A stretch of 64,000 nucleotides of DNA from Gemmatimonadales bacterium. GTDB lineage: Bacteria; Gemmatimonadota; Gemmatimonadetes; Gemmatimonadales; GWC2-71-9. The translations under genes and the position numbers were made by a program. Below, in pieces: positions 1-9,935 of the stretch (its first letter is position 1; each line of letters opens with the position of its first letter). The stretch covers positions 25,395 to 89,394 of the forward strand of contig JANRJE010000008.1 of assembly GCA_033764135.1 (NCBI GenBank), given 5' to 3'. Below the pieces are notes generated by a model. The model did not search any database, was not told where the DNA came from, and was given only the letters and a program-made list of their open reading frames with translations.

Positions 1-27
1 GCACCGGATGCGCGGGCTGTATGCCTG

Positions 28-495
28 ATGGAGCTGCACCTCCTCGCGGTTGGCAAGTTGCGCCCGGCGTTCCGGGCCCTTGCCGATGACTATCTCCGTC
101 GACTCGCTCGGGTCGTGTCCGTCCGCGAGCAGGAGGTACGCGAGGCGGGGAGAGCCGGCAGCGTGGCCCGGCAGCGCAGCGAGGAAGGGGCACGCCTCCT
201 CGCTGCCGTGCCCTCAGCGGCATCGGTCACCCTGCTCGACATCGAGGGCAGGCGCTGGAGCAGCGAGGAGGTGGCACAGGCTCTCGACCGCTGGCGGCTG
301 GCCAGCCGGGATCACGTCGTGATCATCGGGGGAGCGGTGGGCGTCGACAGCGCGGTGCGTGCCCGGGCCGACAGCGTCTGGAGTCTGGGTCCGCTCACCC
401 TCCCCCACGAGCTGGCCCGTGTGGTGGTCGTCGAGCAGTTGTACCGTGCCACCACCATCCTGCAGGGAACGCCCTACCACAAGGGGGAGCGCTGA
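28..495 (+). CDS. rlmH: 23S rRNA (pseudouridine1915-N3)-methyltransferase
   Basis: 155 aa; N-terminal AVGK, IGGAxG, SLGPLTLPHELARVVVVEQLYRA and C-terminal PYHK SPOUT motifs. Confidence 0.95.
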   Translation: MELHLLAVGKLRPAFRALADDYLRRLARVVSVREQEVREAGRAGSVARQRSEEGARLLAAVPSAASVTLLDIEGRRWSSEEVAQALDRWRLASRDHVVIIGGAVGVDSAVRARADSVWSLGPLTLPHELARVVVVEQLYRATTILQGTPYHKGER

Positions 496-512
496 GCACG
501 GCGAGCTGTCGG

Positions 513-2000
513 ATGGAATCACATCCTCTGCCTGGCAATTGGCCCGCCATCGATCTTCAGGACGGAGGCTGGAACGCTGCGCTCGATCCTGCGGTTTCGG
601 CGGGTGGTCCGGCGGCGCGCTTGCATCTCCCCGGCGCTCTCGCCGTCACCACTGGTCAGCAACCCGGGCTGTTCGGCGGCCCGATGTACACCGTTCACAA
701 AGCCATCGCTGCCGCAGCGCTGGCCGCAGCATTGGAACGGAGCTGGGGACGGCCGGTCGTGCCGATCTTCTGGCTCGCCGGTGACGACCACGACTGGACC
801 GAGGCCACTTCGACCGCGTGGTGGAGCGCCTCGGGCGAGGTGCGGCGCTGGTCCCTGCCAGAACGCCCGGAACAGGCACCGCAGCGATCCATGCGCGACG
901 AGCCGCTACCTGCTTCTGCCCTGGCCGAGGCACGGGAGCAACTGGCGGCCGACCTCTCTCCCGGCCAGGCCAGGGACGAGACCCTCGCCTGGATCGATCG
1001 TCACTGGCACTCCGGCGCCACCGTGCATTCGGCTTACTCCTCCGGAATGACCGAGCTGTTTGACCGACTCGGGGTAGTGGCATTGGATGCCACCGATGCC
1101 GCCCTCAAGGTGGCCCAGCAGTCGCTGGTGACCACGGCACTGGTCGAGAGCGACCGGCTTGACGCTGCCCTGGCCGGGCTCCCCGATGCCGGTACCGGAA
1201 TCACCGCCGGTGACCGTGCCTCACTGGTTTTCCTGGATACTGCCGTCGGTCGCGACCGTCTGGTCCGCACTGCCGACGGCTGGCAGACCCGTAGGGGGGG
1301 GGAGAGTTTCGGCGAGGCCGAGCTGCTCGATCTGGTGCAGTCGGCCCCCGAACGGTTCTCCGCCAACGTGCTCCTCCGGCCGGTGGTGGAAGCCGCCCTG
1401 CTGCCGACGGTCGCCTATGTCGCCGGTCCGGGAGAGCAGCGCTACCTCACCTCCCAGGCCGCCGTCCTCTATCCGCTGCTTGGTGTGGCGCCCCAGGCCG
1501 TGGTGCCCCGTTGGGGTGGCACCGTGATCGACCAGGTCTCGGACCGGTTGCTGGCGCGCCTGGATCTCGATCCGGTCGATGTCATCCATGATGACGGAGA
1601 ACTGGGGCGGGAAGTGCTGCATCGCGATTTTCCATCCGCCGCCTCGCGTGCACTGGCCGCCCTGGGGACCGCCATTGCCGACGCCACCGCGGTCCTGCAG
1701 GAGACCGGTCCGGCCATCGACCCGGTCCTGACTCGCGCCGTCGAGTATCGAGGGAGGCGACTGATGCACGTCAGGGATGACTTGCAGCGGTTGCTGGAGC
1801 GACACCATCGTCGCCGGACCGACATCGCGTGGGCGCAATATCAGCGGCTCCGAGCCCGCCTGCGCCCGCTCGATGCCCCGCAGGAGCGGGTGATAGGGGT
1901 GGCCGGAATGCTCGGCCGGCTGGGGTGGGCATGGTGCGATGCCGCGCGGCAGGCCGCCGACCGGTGGGCAGAGGCAGCGGTCGGTGGGGGGGGGAGATGA
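513..2000 (+). CDS. bshC: Bacillithiol biosynthesis protein BshC
   Basis: VTTGQQPGLFGGPMYT, PIFWLAGDDHD, FSANVLLRPV, AYVAGPGE and PQER motifs. Confidence 0.88.
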   Translation: MESHPLPGNWPAIDLQDGGWNAALDPAVSAGGPAARLHLPGALAVTTGQQPGLFGGPMYTVHKAIAAAALAAALERSWGRPVVPIFWLAGDDHDWTEATSTAWWSASGEVRRWSLPERPEQAPQRSMRDEPLPASALAEAREQLAADLSPGQARDETLAWIDRHWHSGATVHSAYSSGMTELFDRLGVVALDATDAALKVAQQSLVTTALVESDRLDAALAGLPDAGTGITAGDRASLVFLDTAVGRDRLVRTADGWQTRRGGESFGEAELLDLVQSAPERFSANVLLRPVVEAALLPTVAYVAGPGEQRYLTSQAAVLYPLLGVAPQAVVPRWGGTVIDQVSDRLLARLDLDPVDVIHDDGELGREVLHRDFPSAASRALAALGTAIADATAVLQETGPAIDPVLTRAVEYRGRRLMHVRDDLQRLLERHHRRRTDIAWAQYQRLRARLRPLDAPQERVIGVAGMLGRLGWAWCDAARQAADRWAEAAVGGGGR

Positions 2001-2287
2001 GTCTGCTCGGTGCGGCCCTGCTGCTGGCCCTGCTCATCCCGATCGTGGCACTGATCGTCGATTCGCCGATCGGACGCGCGGTGGCCCAGCGGCTGGAGCG
2101 TGCACCTGATCCCGGTACCCGGCGCGATGCGGTGATCGCCGACTTGCGGACCCGGCTCGAACTTCTCGAAGGCGACCTCGATGTGCTGCAGCAGGTCGTG
2201 ACCGAGCTGCGCGACGACAACCAGTTCCTGCGCCAACTGCTCGAGGACGGCACCCAGCGAAACCGGTTGCCGCCAGAGCAACCATGA
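1997..2287 (+). CDS. Small membrane-anchored coiled-coil hypothetical protein
   Basis: ATGA overlap with the bshC stop and with the murJ start; N-terminal TM helix followed by a heptad-rich region. Confidence 0.75.
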   Translation: MSLLGAALLLALLIPIVALIVDSPIGRAVAQRLERAPDPGTRRDAVIADLRTRLELLEGDLDVLQQVVTELRDDNQFLRQLLEDGTQRNRLPPEQP

Positions 2288-3849
2288 GCGGACGCGGCGC
2301 TGTCCTGGTAGGGGGGGGGATCCTCTTCAGTCGCCTGGCCGGTCTGGTGCGCCAGAAGGCGCTGTCGTACTTCCTGGGACTCTCCGACGAGTACGACGCT
2401 CTCTCCGCGGCGTTCAGAATCCCCAACCTGCTCCAGAACCTGCTCGGCGAAGGGGCGCTCTCCGCATCCTTCATCCCCGCCTATTGCCACCTCATGGGCG
2501 AGGAGCGCAAGCGCGAGGCGGAGAGATTGGCCGGCGCGATCCTCTCCCTGCTGGCAGTGAGCGTGAGTCTGGTCGTCCTGCTGGGCGTGCTGGCCGCGCC
2601 GTGGCTCACCGACGTTCTGACCGCGGGCTTCTCCGCCGAGAAGCGCGAACTCACCGTCACCCTGACCCGGATCCTCTTTCCGGGTGCCGGGGTGATGGTG
2701 CTGTCGGCCTGGTGTCTCGGGGTACTCAATTCCCACGGCCGGTTCTTCCTCTCCTACGCGGCTCCGGTAGTCTGGAATCTGATCATCGTCGTCACCGTGC
2801 TGTACCGTGGTCCGAATGCTTCCAGCAGCGACCTGGCTGTGATCACCGCCTGGGCATCGGTGGTCGGCAGCATCGCGATGGTGGCGCTGCAGTGGCCGGT
2901 GGTGCGTGCCGTCGGCGGTGCCGTCGGGCCGCGGTTCTGGCGCGGGGTGACCGGCGTCGGCGCGGTGGTGAGGAACTTCGTGCCGACACTGGTCTCCAGG
3001 GGAGCGATGCAGATCTCGTCGTTCATCGACCTCTCGATTGCCGCCTTCCTCCCGACCGGTGCCGTTGCGGCGATCTACAACGCCCAGGTGCTCCACACCC
3101 TGCCGGTGTCGATGTTCGGCATGGCGGTCTCGGCCTCGGAGCTGCCCGAGATGGCGCGGGAGCGGGGTGATCCAGCCTCGGTTGCTCGGGCGCTCCGGGT
3201 TCGGCTAGACGCCGCCACCCAGCGGGTCGCCTACTATGTCGTGCCCAGTGCGGTGGCGTTCGTGACCATCGGAGGAGTGCTCGCCGCTGCCATATTCCAG
3301 GGGGGGGCATTCACCTCCACAGACACCCGTTATGTCTGGCTGATTCTCGCGGGGGGGGCGTTGGGCCTGCTCGCCGGTACTCTTGGCCGGCTCTATGCCT
3401 CGGCGTTCTATGCGCTGGGCGATACCGTGACGCCGCTCCGCTTCGGGCTGGTGAGGGTCGCCCTCACCGCCACAGTCGGCGTTTTCGCTGCACTCAAGCT
3501 GCCCGCGCTGCTCGGGCTTCCTCCCGCCATGGGCGCTGTCGGTCTGACGCTGTCGGCCGCCACGGCGAGTCATGTCGAATTCCTGCTGCTCAGGCGCGGG
3601 CTCTGCAGGCGCCTCGGATCATTCGCCCTGCCGATGGTGGAGTTCACCAAGCTCTGGATTGCGGCGCTGCTGGCCGCGGTGCCTGCCACTGCCGTGCGGC
3701 TGCTGGGAGCGGAATGGCCGGCCGTCGCTCTGGCGCTGGTGGTGGTGCCGGTATTCGGCCTCACCTACCTGGCATTAACCTTCGGCGTGCACATCCCCGA
3801 GGCCGCCGTGATTGTCGGCCGGCTGCTGCGGCCGCGCACGGGTCGATGA
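2284..3849 (+). CDS. murJ: Lipid II flippase MurJ (MviN)
   Basis: SRLAGLVR, AFRIPNLLQNLLGEGALSASFIP motifs; polytopic membrane protein. Confidence 0.95.
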   Translation: MSGRGAVLVGGGILFSRLAGLVRQKALSYFLGLSDEYDALSAAFRIPNLLQNLLGEGALSASFIPAYCHLMGEERKREAERLAGAILSLLAVSVSLVVLLGVLAAPWLTDVLTAGFSAEKRELTVTLTRILFPGAGVMVLSAWCLGVLNSHGRFFLSYAAPVVWNLIIVVTVLYRGPNASSSDLAVITAWASVVGSIAMVALQWPVVRAVGGAVGPRFWRGVTGVGAVVRNFVPTLVSRGAMQISSFIDLSIAAFLPTGAVAAIYNAQVLHTLPVSMFGMAVSASELPEMARERGDPASVARALRVRLDAATQRVAYYVVPSAVAFVTIGGVLAAAIFQGGAFTSTDTRYVWLILAGGALGLLAGTLGRLYASAFYALGDTVTPLRFGLVRVALTATVGVFAALKLPALLGLPPAMGAVGLTLSAATASHVEFLLLRRGLCRRLGSFALPMVEFTKLWIAALLAAVPATAVRLLGAEWPAVALALVVVPVFGLTYLALTFGVHIPEAAVIVGRLLRPRTGR

Positions 3850-5648
3850 ACGTCGCGCTCCGCCGCAAGCTCGACACCCTGCCGGACGGTCCCGGGGTCT
3901 ACCTCTGGCGCGATGCCGCCGGCGAGGTCCTCTACGTCGGCAAGGCGAAGTCGCTACGCTCGAGGGTCCGGTCCTACTTCGCTCCCGACCAGGCTGGCCT
4001 GTCCAAACAGCGACTCATGGTCGAGCGAATCGCCGACGTGGAGACGATCGTGGTCGCCGACGAGGCGCAATCGCTCCTGCTCGAAAACAATCTTATCAAG
4101 GAATTCCAGCCCCGCTTCAACGTCCGCCTCAAGGACGACAAAAGCTACCCGTCAATCGTTGTCACCATGGGAGAACCGTTCCCGCGAGTCTTCGCGACAC
4201 GGAGCAGGCACCACGAGGGGGCACGCTATTTCGGACCATACACCGATGTCGCCGACATGCGCCGCACCCTGGGACTGGTGCGCCGGATGTTCACGGTCCG
4301 CTCCTGTACCGATGACCTCCCCTACGAGCGCCGCGAGCGGCCGTGCCTCGATTATCACATCGGGCGGTGCCTGGCGCCGTGTGTCGGTCGCCAGTCGGAG
4401 CGTCACTATCGCGCCATGATCGGTGAGGTGCTCGAATTCCTCGAAGGCCGCACCGGGGACCTCCGGAGCCGCATCAGGGAGATGATGCACGAGGCGAGCG
4501 GACGCGAGGATTTCGAGCGGGCTCGGGACCTTCGCGACACACTGAAGTGGCTCGAGCAGCTCGAACGCCCGGCCACGGTGGACGTGGTGGGAACCGGAGA
4601 CGCCGATGTCATCGGCTATGCCCGCGACGGCGACGATGCGGTGGGGGTGCTGCTCCGTGTTCGCGACGGGCGGATCGTCGGTCGTGATCACCGCTTCCTG
4701 GAGAACGTCGACACGGTGGAGGACGCCGGCATTCTCAGCACCTGGCTGGTGCGTGTCTACGCCCTGATGGACGGCCGGGTTCGCCGAGTGGTTTTGCCGT
4801 TCGGGCCCGATGACCTCGACGCCATCGAGGCGCTGCTCCCCGACTCGCGCTTCACCGCACCGCAGCGCGGTCTCGCCTCCCGGTGGCTCGAGCTCGCCGA
4901 GCAGAACGCCCGTCACCTGCTCGAGTCGCTGCGCATGGAGTCGTTCGAGACCGACGAGCGGGTCGAGGATCCGGTCTACGCCCTCGGCCGCGAACTTGGC
5001 ATGAAGATCATTCCCAGGACATTCGTCTGCATCGACATCTCCACCAGTCAGGGGCGCGACACAGTGGGTTCGCTGGTTTGCTTCGAGGGCGGGCGACCCA
5101 AGAAGGCCGCTTACCGGAAGTTCAAGATCAAGGGTCCGGCACAGCAGGATGATTTCGCGGCCATCAGCGAGGTGGTCACCAGATACGTCACGCGATTGCG
5201 CGAACGCGGGGAAGAACTGCCCGACCTCTTCGTGATTGACGGCGGCAAGGGACAGTTGAGCGCCGCGCGGGAGGCGCTCACCACACTCGGGCTCGCCGAT
5301 CACCCACTTGCGTCGCTGGCCAAGCGGGATGAGGAGATCTACCTTCCCGGACGAACGGACCCGGTGCGGCTGCCGCGTCTCTCTCCCGCACTGCGCCTGT
5401 TGCAGCGGGCGCGGGACGAAGCGCATCGCTTCGGGGTGACCTACAACCGGCAGCGTCGCAAGGCCCGCACTGTTACCTCTGCACTGCTCGACATCCCCGG
5501 CATCGGCCCGACGCGCCGCACAGCACTGCTCCAGGCGTTCGGGTCGCTGGCCGGGGTCCGAGGGGCAACCCGGGTGGAAATCGCGGCCTTGCCCGGCTTC
5601 TCGGGGGCACTGGCCGATCGACTGCTCTCACATCTGAAGGCGAATTGA
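3846..5648 (+). CDS. uvrC: Excinuclease ABC subunit C
   Basis: GIY-YIG (PGVYLW...LYVGKAKSLR), UVR domain, DGGKGQL, RDEAHRF, HhH; start set at the ATG overlapping the murJ stop. Confidence 0.97.
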   Translation: MNVALRRKLDTLPDGPGVYLWRDAAGEVLYVGKAKSLRSRVRSYFAPDQAGLSKQRLMVERIADVETIVVADEAQSLLLENNLIKEFQPRFNVRLKDDKSYPSIVVTMGEPFPRVFATRSRHHEGARYFGPYTDVADMRRTLGLVRRMFTVRSCTDDLPYERRERPCLDYHIGRCLAPCVGRQSERHYRAMIGEVLEFLEGRTGDLRSRIREMMHEASGREDFERARDLRDTLKWLEQLERPATVDVVGTGDADVIGYARDGDDAVGVLLRVRDGRIVGRDHRFLENVDTVEDAGILSTWLVRVYALMDGRVRRVVLPFGPDDLDAIEALLPDSRFTAPQRGLASRWLELAEQNARHLLESLRMESFETDERVEDPVYALGRELGMKIIPRTFVCIDISTSQGRDTVGSLVCFEGGRPKKAAYRKFKIKGPAQQDDFAAISEVVTRYVTRLRERGEELPDLFVIDGGKGQLSAAREALTTLGLADHPLASLAKRDEEIYLPGRTDPVRLPRLSPALRLLQRARDEAHRFGVTYNRQRRKARTVTSALLDIPGIGPTRRTALLQAFGSLAGVRGATRVEIAALPGFSGALADRLLSHLKAN

Positions 5649-6818
5649 ATGGACTGGCATCTCGAGTGTTCCGATTGCGGCGTCAACTTCCCGCCCGATG
5701 GTTTGCCCAACGTTTGCACCTCCTGCGGGCGGCCGCTGCTGGTTCGCTATCCACTCCGCGATCATCCCGTGACCGAACGCGCCGAGGTGCGCCGCCGGAG
5801 TGGAATGTGGCGCTATCGGACCTTCCTGCCGCTGGAGGCGGATGAGGAGCCGATCACTCTCGGGGAGGGGGATACACCGTTGATACCCCTGCCGCGAGTG
5901 GCAGCCGCCCTCAACCTCGGCGACCTCTGGCTCAAGGACGAGGCGGCAAATCCCACCGGCTCCTTCAAGGCCCGCGGCCTCAGCGCAGCGATCACTCGCG
6001 CAGTGCGAGGAGGCGCTACCGCATTCACCATCCCCACCGCCGGCAACGCCGGCGTGGCCAGTGCGGCCTATGCGGCCCGGGCGGGGGTGCCGGTGAGAGT
6101 CTTCGCACCGCGCACCACTCCGCGGCCGATCCTCTCCCAGATCGTTGCCTTCGGGGCGGACCTGGTCCTCCTCGATGGCCATATCGGCGATTGCGGCAAG
6201 GCCTCCCGGGCCTGGGCTGCCGAGACGGGGGCGCTCGACCTCAGCACCCTCAGGGAACCGTACCGGATCGAGGGGAAGAAGACCCTCGGCCTTGAAATCG
6301 CCATGCAGATGGGGTGGCGGCTCCCGGCCGCAATCATTTACCCGACAGGCGGGGGAACCGGCCTGATCGGAATGTGGAAGGCCTTCCTGGAGCTCCGGGC
6401 GGCCGGCTGGCTGGTTGACGAGATGCCACGGCTGTTCTCGGTCCAATCCACCGGTTGTGCCCCCATCGTCAGGGCCTGGGAAGCCGGTTCGGAGGCGGCC
6501 GAGCCCTGGGTCGAGCCGTGGACCGTCGCATCGGGGCTACGGGTGCCCGGTCCGCTGGGCGACAAGCTGATGCTCAGGATCCTGAGGGAAACCAATGGGG
6601 CGGCGCTGGCTGTGAGTGACGAATTGATGACCGAGCTGGCCGGGTTCGGCATGCGCCAGGAGGGGGTCGATTTCTCGCCCGAAGGGGGTGCCTCTCTGGC
6701 CGCCGCAATCGAGCTCAAGAAGCGCGGTTTGCTCCCGGAAGAAGGGCGCATCGTCATCTTCAACACTGGTGCGGGGTGGCTCTACCGCAGTCCGCTGGAT
6801 TTGCCTGCGGAGGGCTGA
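5649..6818 (+). CDS. thrC: Threonine synthase (PLP-dependent, N-terminal Zn ribbon)
   Basis: LGEGDTPL, NPTGSFKARG PLP lysine, AGNAG, YPTGGGTG. Confidence 0.82.
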   Translation: MDWHLECSDCGVNFPPDGLPNVCTSCGRPLLVRYPLRDHPVTERAEVRRRSGMWRYRTFLPLEADEEPITLGEGDTPLIPLPRVAAALNLGDLWLKDEAANPTGSFKARGLSAAITRAVRGGATAFTIPTAGNAGVASAAYAARAGVPVRVFAPRTTPRPILSQIVAFGADLVLLDGHIGDCGKASRAWAAETGALDLSTLREPYRIEGKKTLGLEIAMQMGWRLPAAIIYPTGGGTGLIGMWKAFLELRAAGWLVDEMPRLFSVQSTGCAPIVRAWEAGSEAAEPWVEPWTVASGLRVPGPLGDKLMLRILRETNGAALAVSDELMTELAGFGMRQEGVDFSPEGGASLAAAIELKKRGLLPEEGRIVIFNTGAGWLYRSPLDLPAEG

Positions 6819-6948
6819 CGGGGAATATTAGAGCATTGCAGCGGGCAGAATCGACTGCTGGCCGTGCATGGACGGGGGTAATTCTCGTCTCCATCATCAA
6901 CTGAGGGTCGGATCGACCGATCCCGGCTTGCCCAACGAGGAGTGTTGA

Positions 6949-8370
6949 ATGCGGACTACCCGATTCCTGGCCGTTGCAGGTTTCATCGCCATCATCCCGG
7001 CGGCAGTCGGGGCCCAGACCCTCAATGACCGGGTCGCCAAGTCGTTGCCGCAGCGCTATGTCGGAGCGACCTGTGACCTGAAGACCGGCCACTACCTGAT
7101 ATCCAGTACCGCGCTCTACCTCAAGACCGGTACCGAACAGGGTGACCCCGAGAAGCGGGTCAATGCCTTCAATTCCGGGGTGCGTGTCTCCCATCAGGCC
7201 ATCCTCGAATCGGGGCAGGGCGACAATCCGATGGCTTGGTACGTCCTCGGCCGTCTCTATCTTCACCTTGGTGACCTGGTCGGAGCCGACTCTGCGTTCA
7301 CACGCGCCCAGCGGCTCTCTCCCGATTGCACCGAGGACATCAAGGCCTGGCGCCAGCGTGCTTTCCTGCCGTTGATGAACCCCGGTACTGAATTTTTCCG
7401 GACCGGCAACAACGACTCTGCCCTGGTGCTGTTCCGCGAGGCCGCGATGATCACACCCGATCTGCCGCAGAGCTTCTACAACGCCGGTGTGCTCTTTGCA
7501 AACTCCGGTGAGACCGACAGTGCAATCGTCTATCTCAAGCGGGCCAAGGAAGTGGCGGCGGCCGACGCAGCGCAGTTCGGCAAGGATCGCAACGCCGCGA
7601 CCTTCAATCTCGCAGCCATGCTGCAGCGCGCCGGTCGGCACGCCGAGGCCGCGGCCGAGTTGACGGACTACGTTACGTGGGACCCGTCCGATGTTGATGC
7701 CAAACGCGCTCTGGCGATGTCGTTGCGGAACTTGGGTAAGAATGAAGAGGCCGCCAGGATTGAGCAGGAGTTGCTGGCGACAGCCGAGGCCGCGGGAACA
7801 CTGACCAGCGGCGACCTCATGTCGATGGGGGTCAACTTCTTCAACGACAAAAAGTTCACCGAGGCAGCCGAGGCCTTCGAGAAGGTGCTCGTCAAGGAGC
7901 CCTACAACCGCGACGCGCTGTTCAATCTCGCCAACACCTATTTTGCTCTCCAGAACGGCGAACAACTGATCGCAACAGGCACCAGGCTCGTGGCGATGGA
8001 TCCGCTCAATGAGGACAGCCGCAAGCTGGTCTCCCAGGGCTACCGCATCCTCAACGATCAGGCCAAGCTGATGGAGGCAGTCACTCGCCTGGTGGAAATG
8101 CCGACGACGGTCGAGATTGGCACCTTCCGTATCTCGGCGACCGGAGCGAGCATCGAAGGAGAGGCCACTGGCCGCCAGGCCCAGACCCTCGAGGGCAAGG
8201 AGGTTCCGGCAGCCGCCAAGACCCTCGCCTTTGAGTTTCTTAACATCGAGGGGGCGGTGGTGGCGACCGGCGAGGTCTCGATTCCCGCCCTCCAGGCCTC
8301 TGCCAAGCACCCCTTCACCGTCTCGGTGGAGGGTGCCGGCATCGTGGCCTGGCGCTACACCGTCAAATAG
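6949..8370 (+). CDS. Exported tetratricopeptide repeat protein
   Basis: Signal peptide ending AVGA-Q; several TPR-like helices (YNAGVLF, FNLANTY); beta-rich C-terminal domain; GAGGAG RBS. Confidence 0.8.
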   Translation: MRTTRFLAVAGFIAIIPAAVGAQTLNDRVAKSLPQRYVGATCDLKTGHYLISSTALYLKTGTEQGDPEKRVNAFNSGVRVSHQAILESGQGDNPMAWYVLGRLYLHLGDLVGADSAFTRAQRLSPDCTEDIKAWRQRAFLPLMNPGTEFFRTGNNDSALVLFREAAMITPDLPQSFYNAGVLFANSGETDSAIVYLKRAKEVAAADAAQFGKDRNAATFNLAAMLQRAGRHAEAAAELTDYVTWDPSDVDAKRALAMSLRNLGKNEEAARIEQELLATAEAAGTLTSGDLMSMGVNFFNDKKFTEAAEAFEKVLVKEPYNRDALFNLANTYFALQNGEQLIATGTRLVAMDPLNEDSRKLVSQGYRILNDQAKLMEAVTRLVEMPTTVEIGTFRISATGASIEGEATGRQAQTLEGKEVPAAAKTLAFEFLNIEGAVVATGEVSIPALQASAKHPFTVSVEGAGIVAWRYTVK

Positions 8371-8392
8371 GCCGAATCGGGCAGAGGCGCTG

Positions 8393-8421
8393 TTGCCGTC
8401 GGACAGCGCCTCCGCTACTTT
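8393..8421 (+). promoter_or_regulatory. Sigma70-like promoter of tRNA-Gly
   Basis: TTGCCG-N17-TACTTT, 10 nt upstream of the tRNA. Confidence 0.6.
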
Positions 8422-8431
8422 CAACCCCGTC

Positions 8432-8504
8432 GCGGGAGTAGCTCAGTTGGTAGAGCATCAGCTTCCCAAGCTGAGGGTCGCGGGTTCGAACCCCGTCTCC
8501 CGCT
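8432..8504 (+). tRNA. tRNA-Gly (CCC)
   Basis: Acceptor stem GCGGGAG/CTCCCGC, D-arm AGCTCAGTTGGTAGAGC, anticodon loop TT-CCC-AA, GGTTCGAA T-loop; CCA not encoded. Confidence 0.96.
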
Positions 8505-8654
8505 TCGCCCGAAACCGCCCCGGTTCCCCAGTGGAATCGGGGCGGTCGTCGTTTCCATCCTTTGGCGGTGAAGCTCCTTGAGGTGAAGTGGCCTAACCAT
8601 TGTAATGATGCGTACATAGCGGCATATTGCAGGGATGAAATATGAGCAGAATCC

Positions 8655-9935
8655 ATGATCCGGGTCACCGGTGTGCTAGAGGGTTCGATCGGCGAGGAGC
8701 TGGGGCTGGGCCCCGACACCGAGCTGGTCGCCATCGATGGTCAGGAGCTGGAGGACTTTCTCGATTGGGAGTTCCTCACCGCTGACGAGCAGTTCACGCT
8801 GCTCTTCCGTCAGCCCGGTGATGATACCGAGTACGAAGTCGAGGTCGAGCGCCCTCTGGAGGAACAGATGGGAGTGGCGATCGAACCGGTCAGGATTCGC
8901 CGCTGCGCCAACCGCTGTGATTTCTGCTTTGTCGAGGGGAATCCCGACGGGTTGCGCCAGGTGCTCTCGATTCGTGACGACGACTATCGACTCTCCTTTC
9001 GTTACGGCAACTTCGCCACGCTCACCAACCTGAAGCAGCACGACACCGACCGGATCATCCGCTATCGGCTCTCGCCGCTCTACATCTCGGTGCATGCCAC
9101 CGATCCGACCATCCGTCGTTGGGTGCTGCGCAATCCGCAGGCGCCAGAAATCCTGCCGCAAATGCGCCACTTTGCCGACCACGGAATCGAGTTCCACACC
9201 CAGGTGGTAATGGCGCCCGGCGTCAACGACGGTGAGGTGCTGCGACAGACCCTCGACGACCTCTGGGCGTTCGGACCGGAGGTGCTCTCGGTCTCGGTGG
9301 TGCCGGTGGGGTTGACCGAATATTCCAAGCATCACCTGGTACGCGAACCCGACGAGGTCGAGTGCGGCCGGGCTGTCGAGGCGGTGGAACGAGCGGCGGA
9401 GCGCGCCTGGCGCGAGCGGGGGATTGCCTGGGCGCAGGGTGCCGACGAGCTCTATCTCCGGGCGGGAATGCCGCTCCCTCCGGCCGAGGCATACGGATCA
9501 TTCGATCAGGTCGAGAACGGTGTCGGTTCCGTGCGCTGGCTGCAGCAACAGGTCGCCGAGGGGACGCCCGCCCTCAGCGGGTGGCAGGGACGCCGCATCG
9601 CCGTGGTCACCGGCGCCTCAATGGGGCCGCTGCTGCCAATGGTGATCGAGCCGCTGGCTGCGGCCACCGGGGCACGATTCGACTTGCTGCCGCTAGTAAA
9701 CGACCTGTTCGGACCGCGGGTGACCACCGCCGGCTTGCTCTCCGGCGGCGCGATGCGTGATGCCCTCAGGGAGCTGCATGGTTATGATCTCGCTCTCCTC
9801 CCCGGTGAGGCCGTCAACGACGGCGGGCTGTTCATCGACTCGTTGCCATTTGAGACTCTCGCTGCCGAGGTACCGATGCCGGTCCGGATTTCCAAGACGT
9901 TTGTCGACGCACTCACCGAACCGTTGGCCGTATGA
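8655..9935 (+). CDS. DUF512-domain Fe-S/radical SAM-like protein with N-terminal PDZ-like domain
   Basis: CANRCDFCFV, DDDYRLSFRYGNFATLTN, SPLYISVHATDP, QVENGVG. Confidence 0.88.
   Translation: MIRVTGVLEGSIGEELGLGPDTELVAIDGQELEDFLDWEFLTADEQFTLLFRQPGDDTEYEVEVERPLEEQMGVAIEPVRIRRCANRCDFCFVEGNPDGLRQVLSIRDDDYRLSFRYGNFATLTNLKQHDTDRIIRYRLSPLYISVHATDPTIRRWVLRNPQAPEILPQMRHFADHGIEFHTQVVMAPGVNDGEVLRQTLDDLWAFGPEVLSVSVVPVGLTEYSKHHLVREPDEVECGRAVEAVERAAERAWRERGIAWAQGADELYLRAGMPLPPAEAYGSFDQVENGVGSVRWLQQQVAEGTPALSGWQGRRIAVVTGASMGPLLPMVIEPLAAATGARFDLLPLVNDLFGPRVTTAGLLSGGAMRDALRELHGYDLALLPGEAVNDGGLFIDSLPFETLAAEVPMPVRISKTFVDALTEPLAV

Noticed and set aside
1294-2320. Poly-G tracts (8-10 nt) inside coding regions as phase-variation switches
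   Set aside because: Reading frames are intact, the tracts encode Gly-Gly in housekeeping genes, and they follow leading-strand G skew
6760-8424. 554-aa minus-strand ORF, and similar long ORFs such as 4152-5426, 17934-19238, 54847-56406 and 60297-61931
   Set aside because: Antisense shadows of well-supported genes, expected in high-GC DNA; no recognisable motifs
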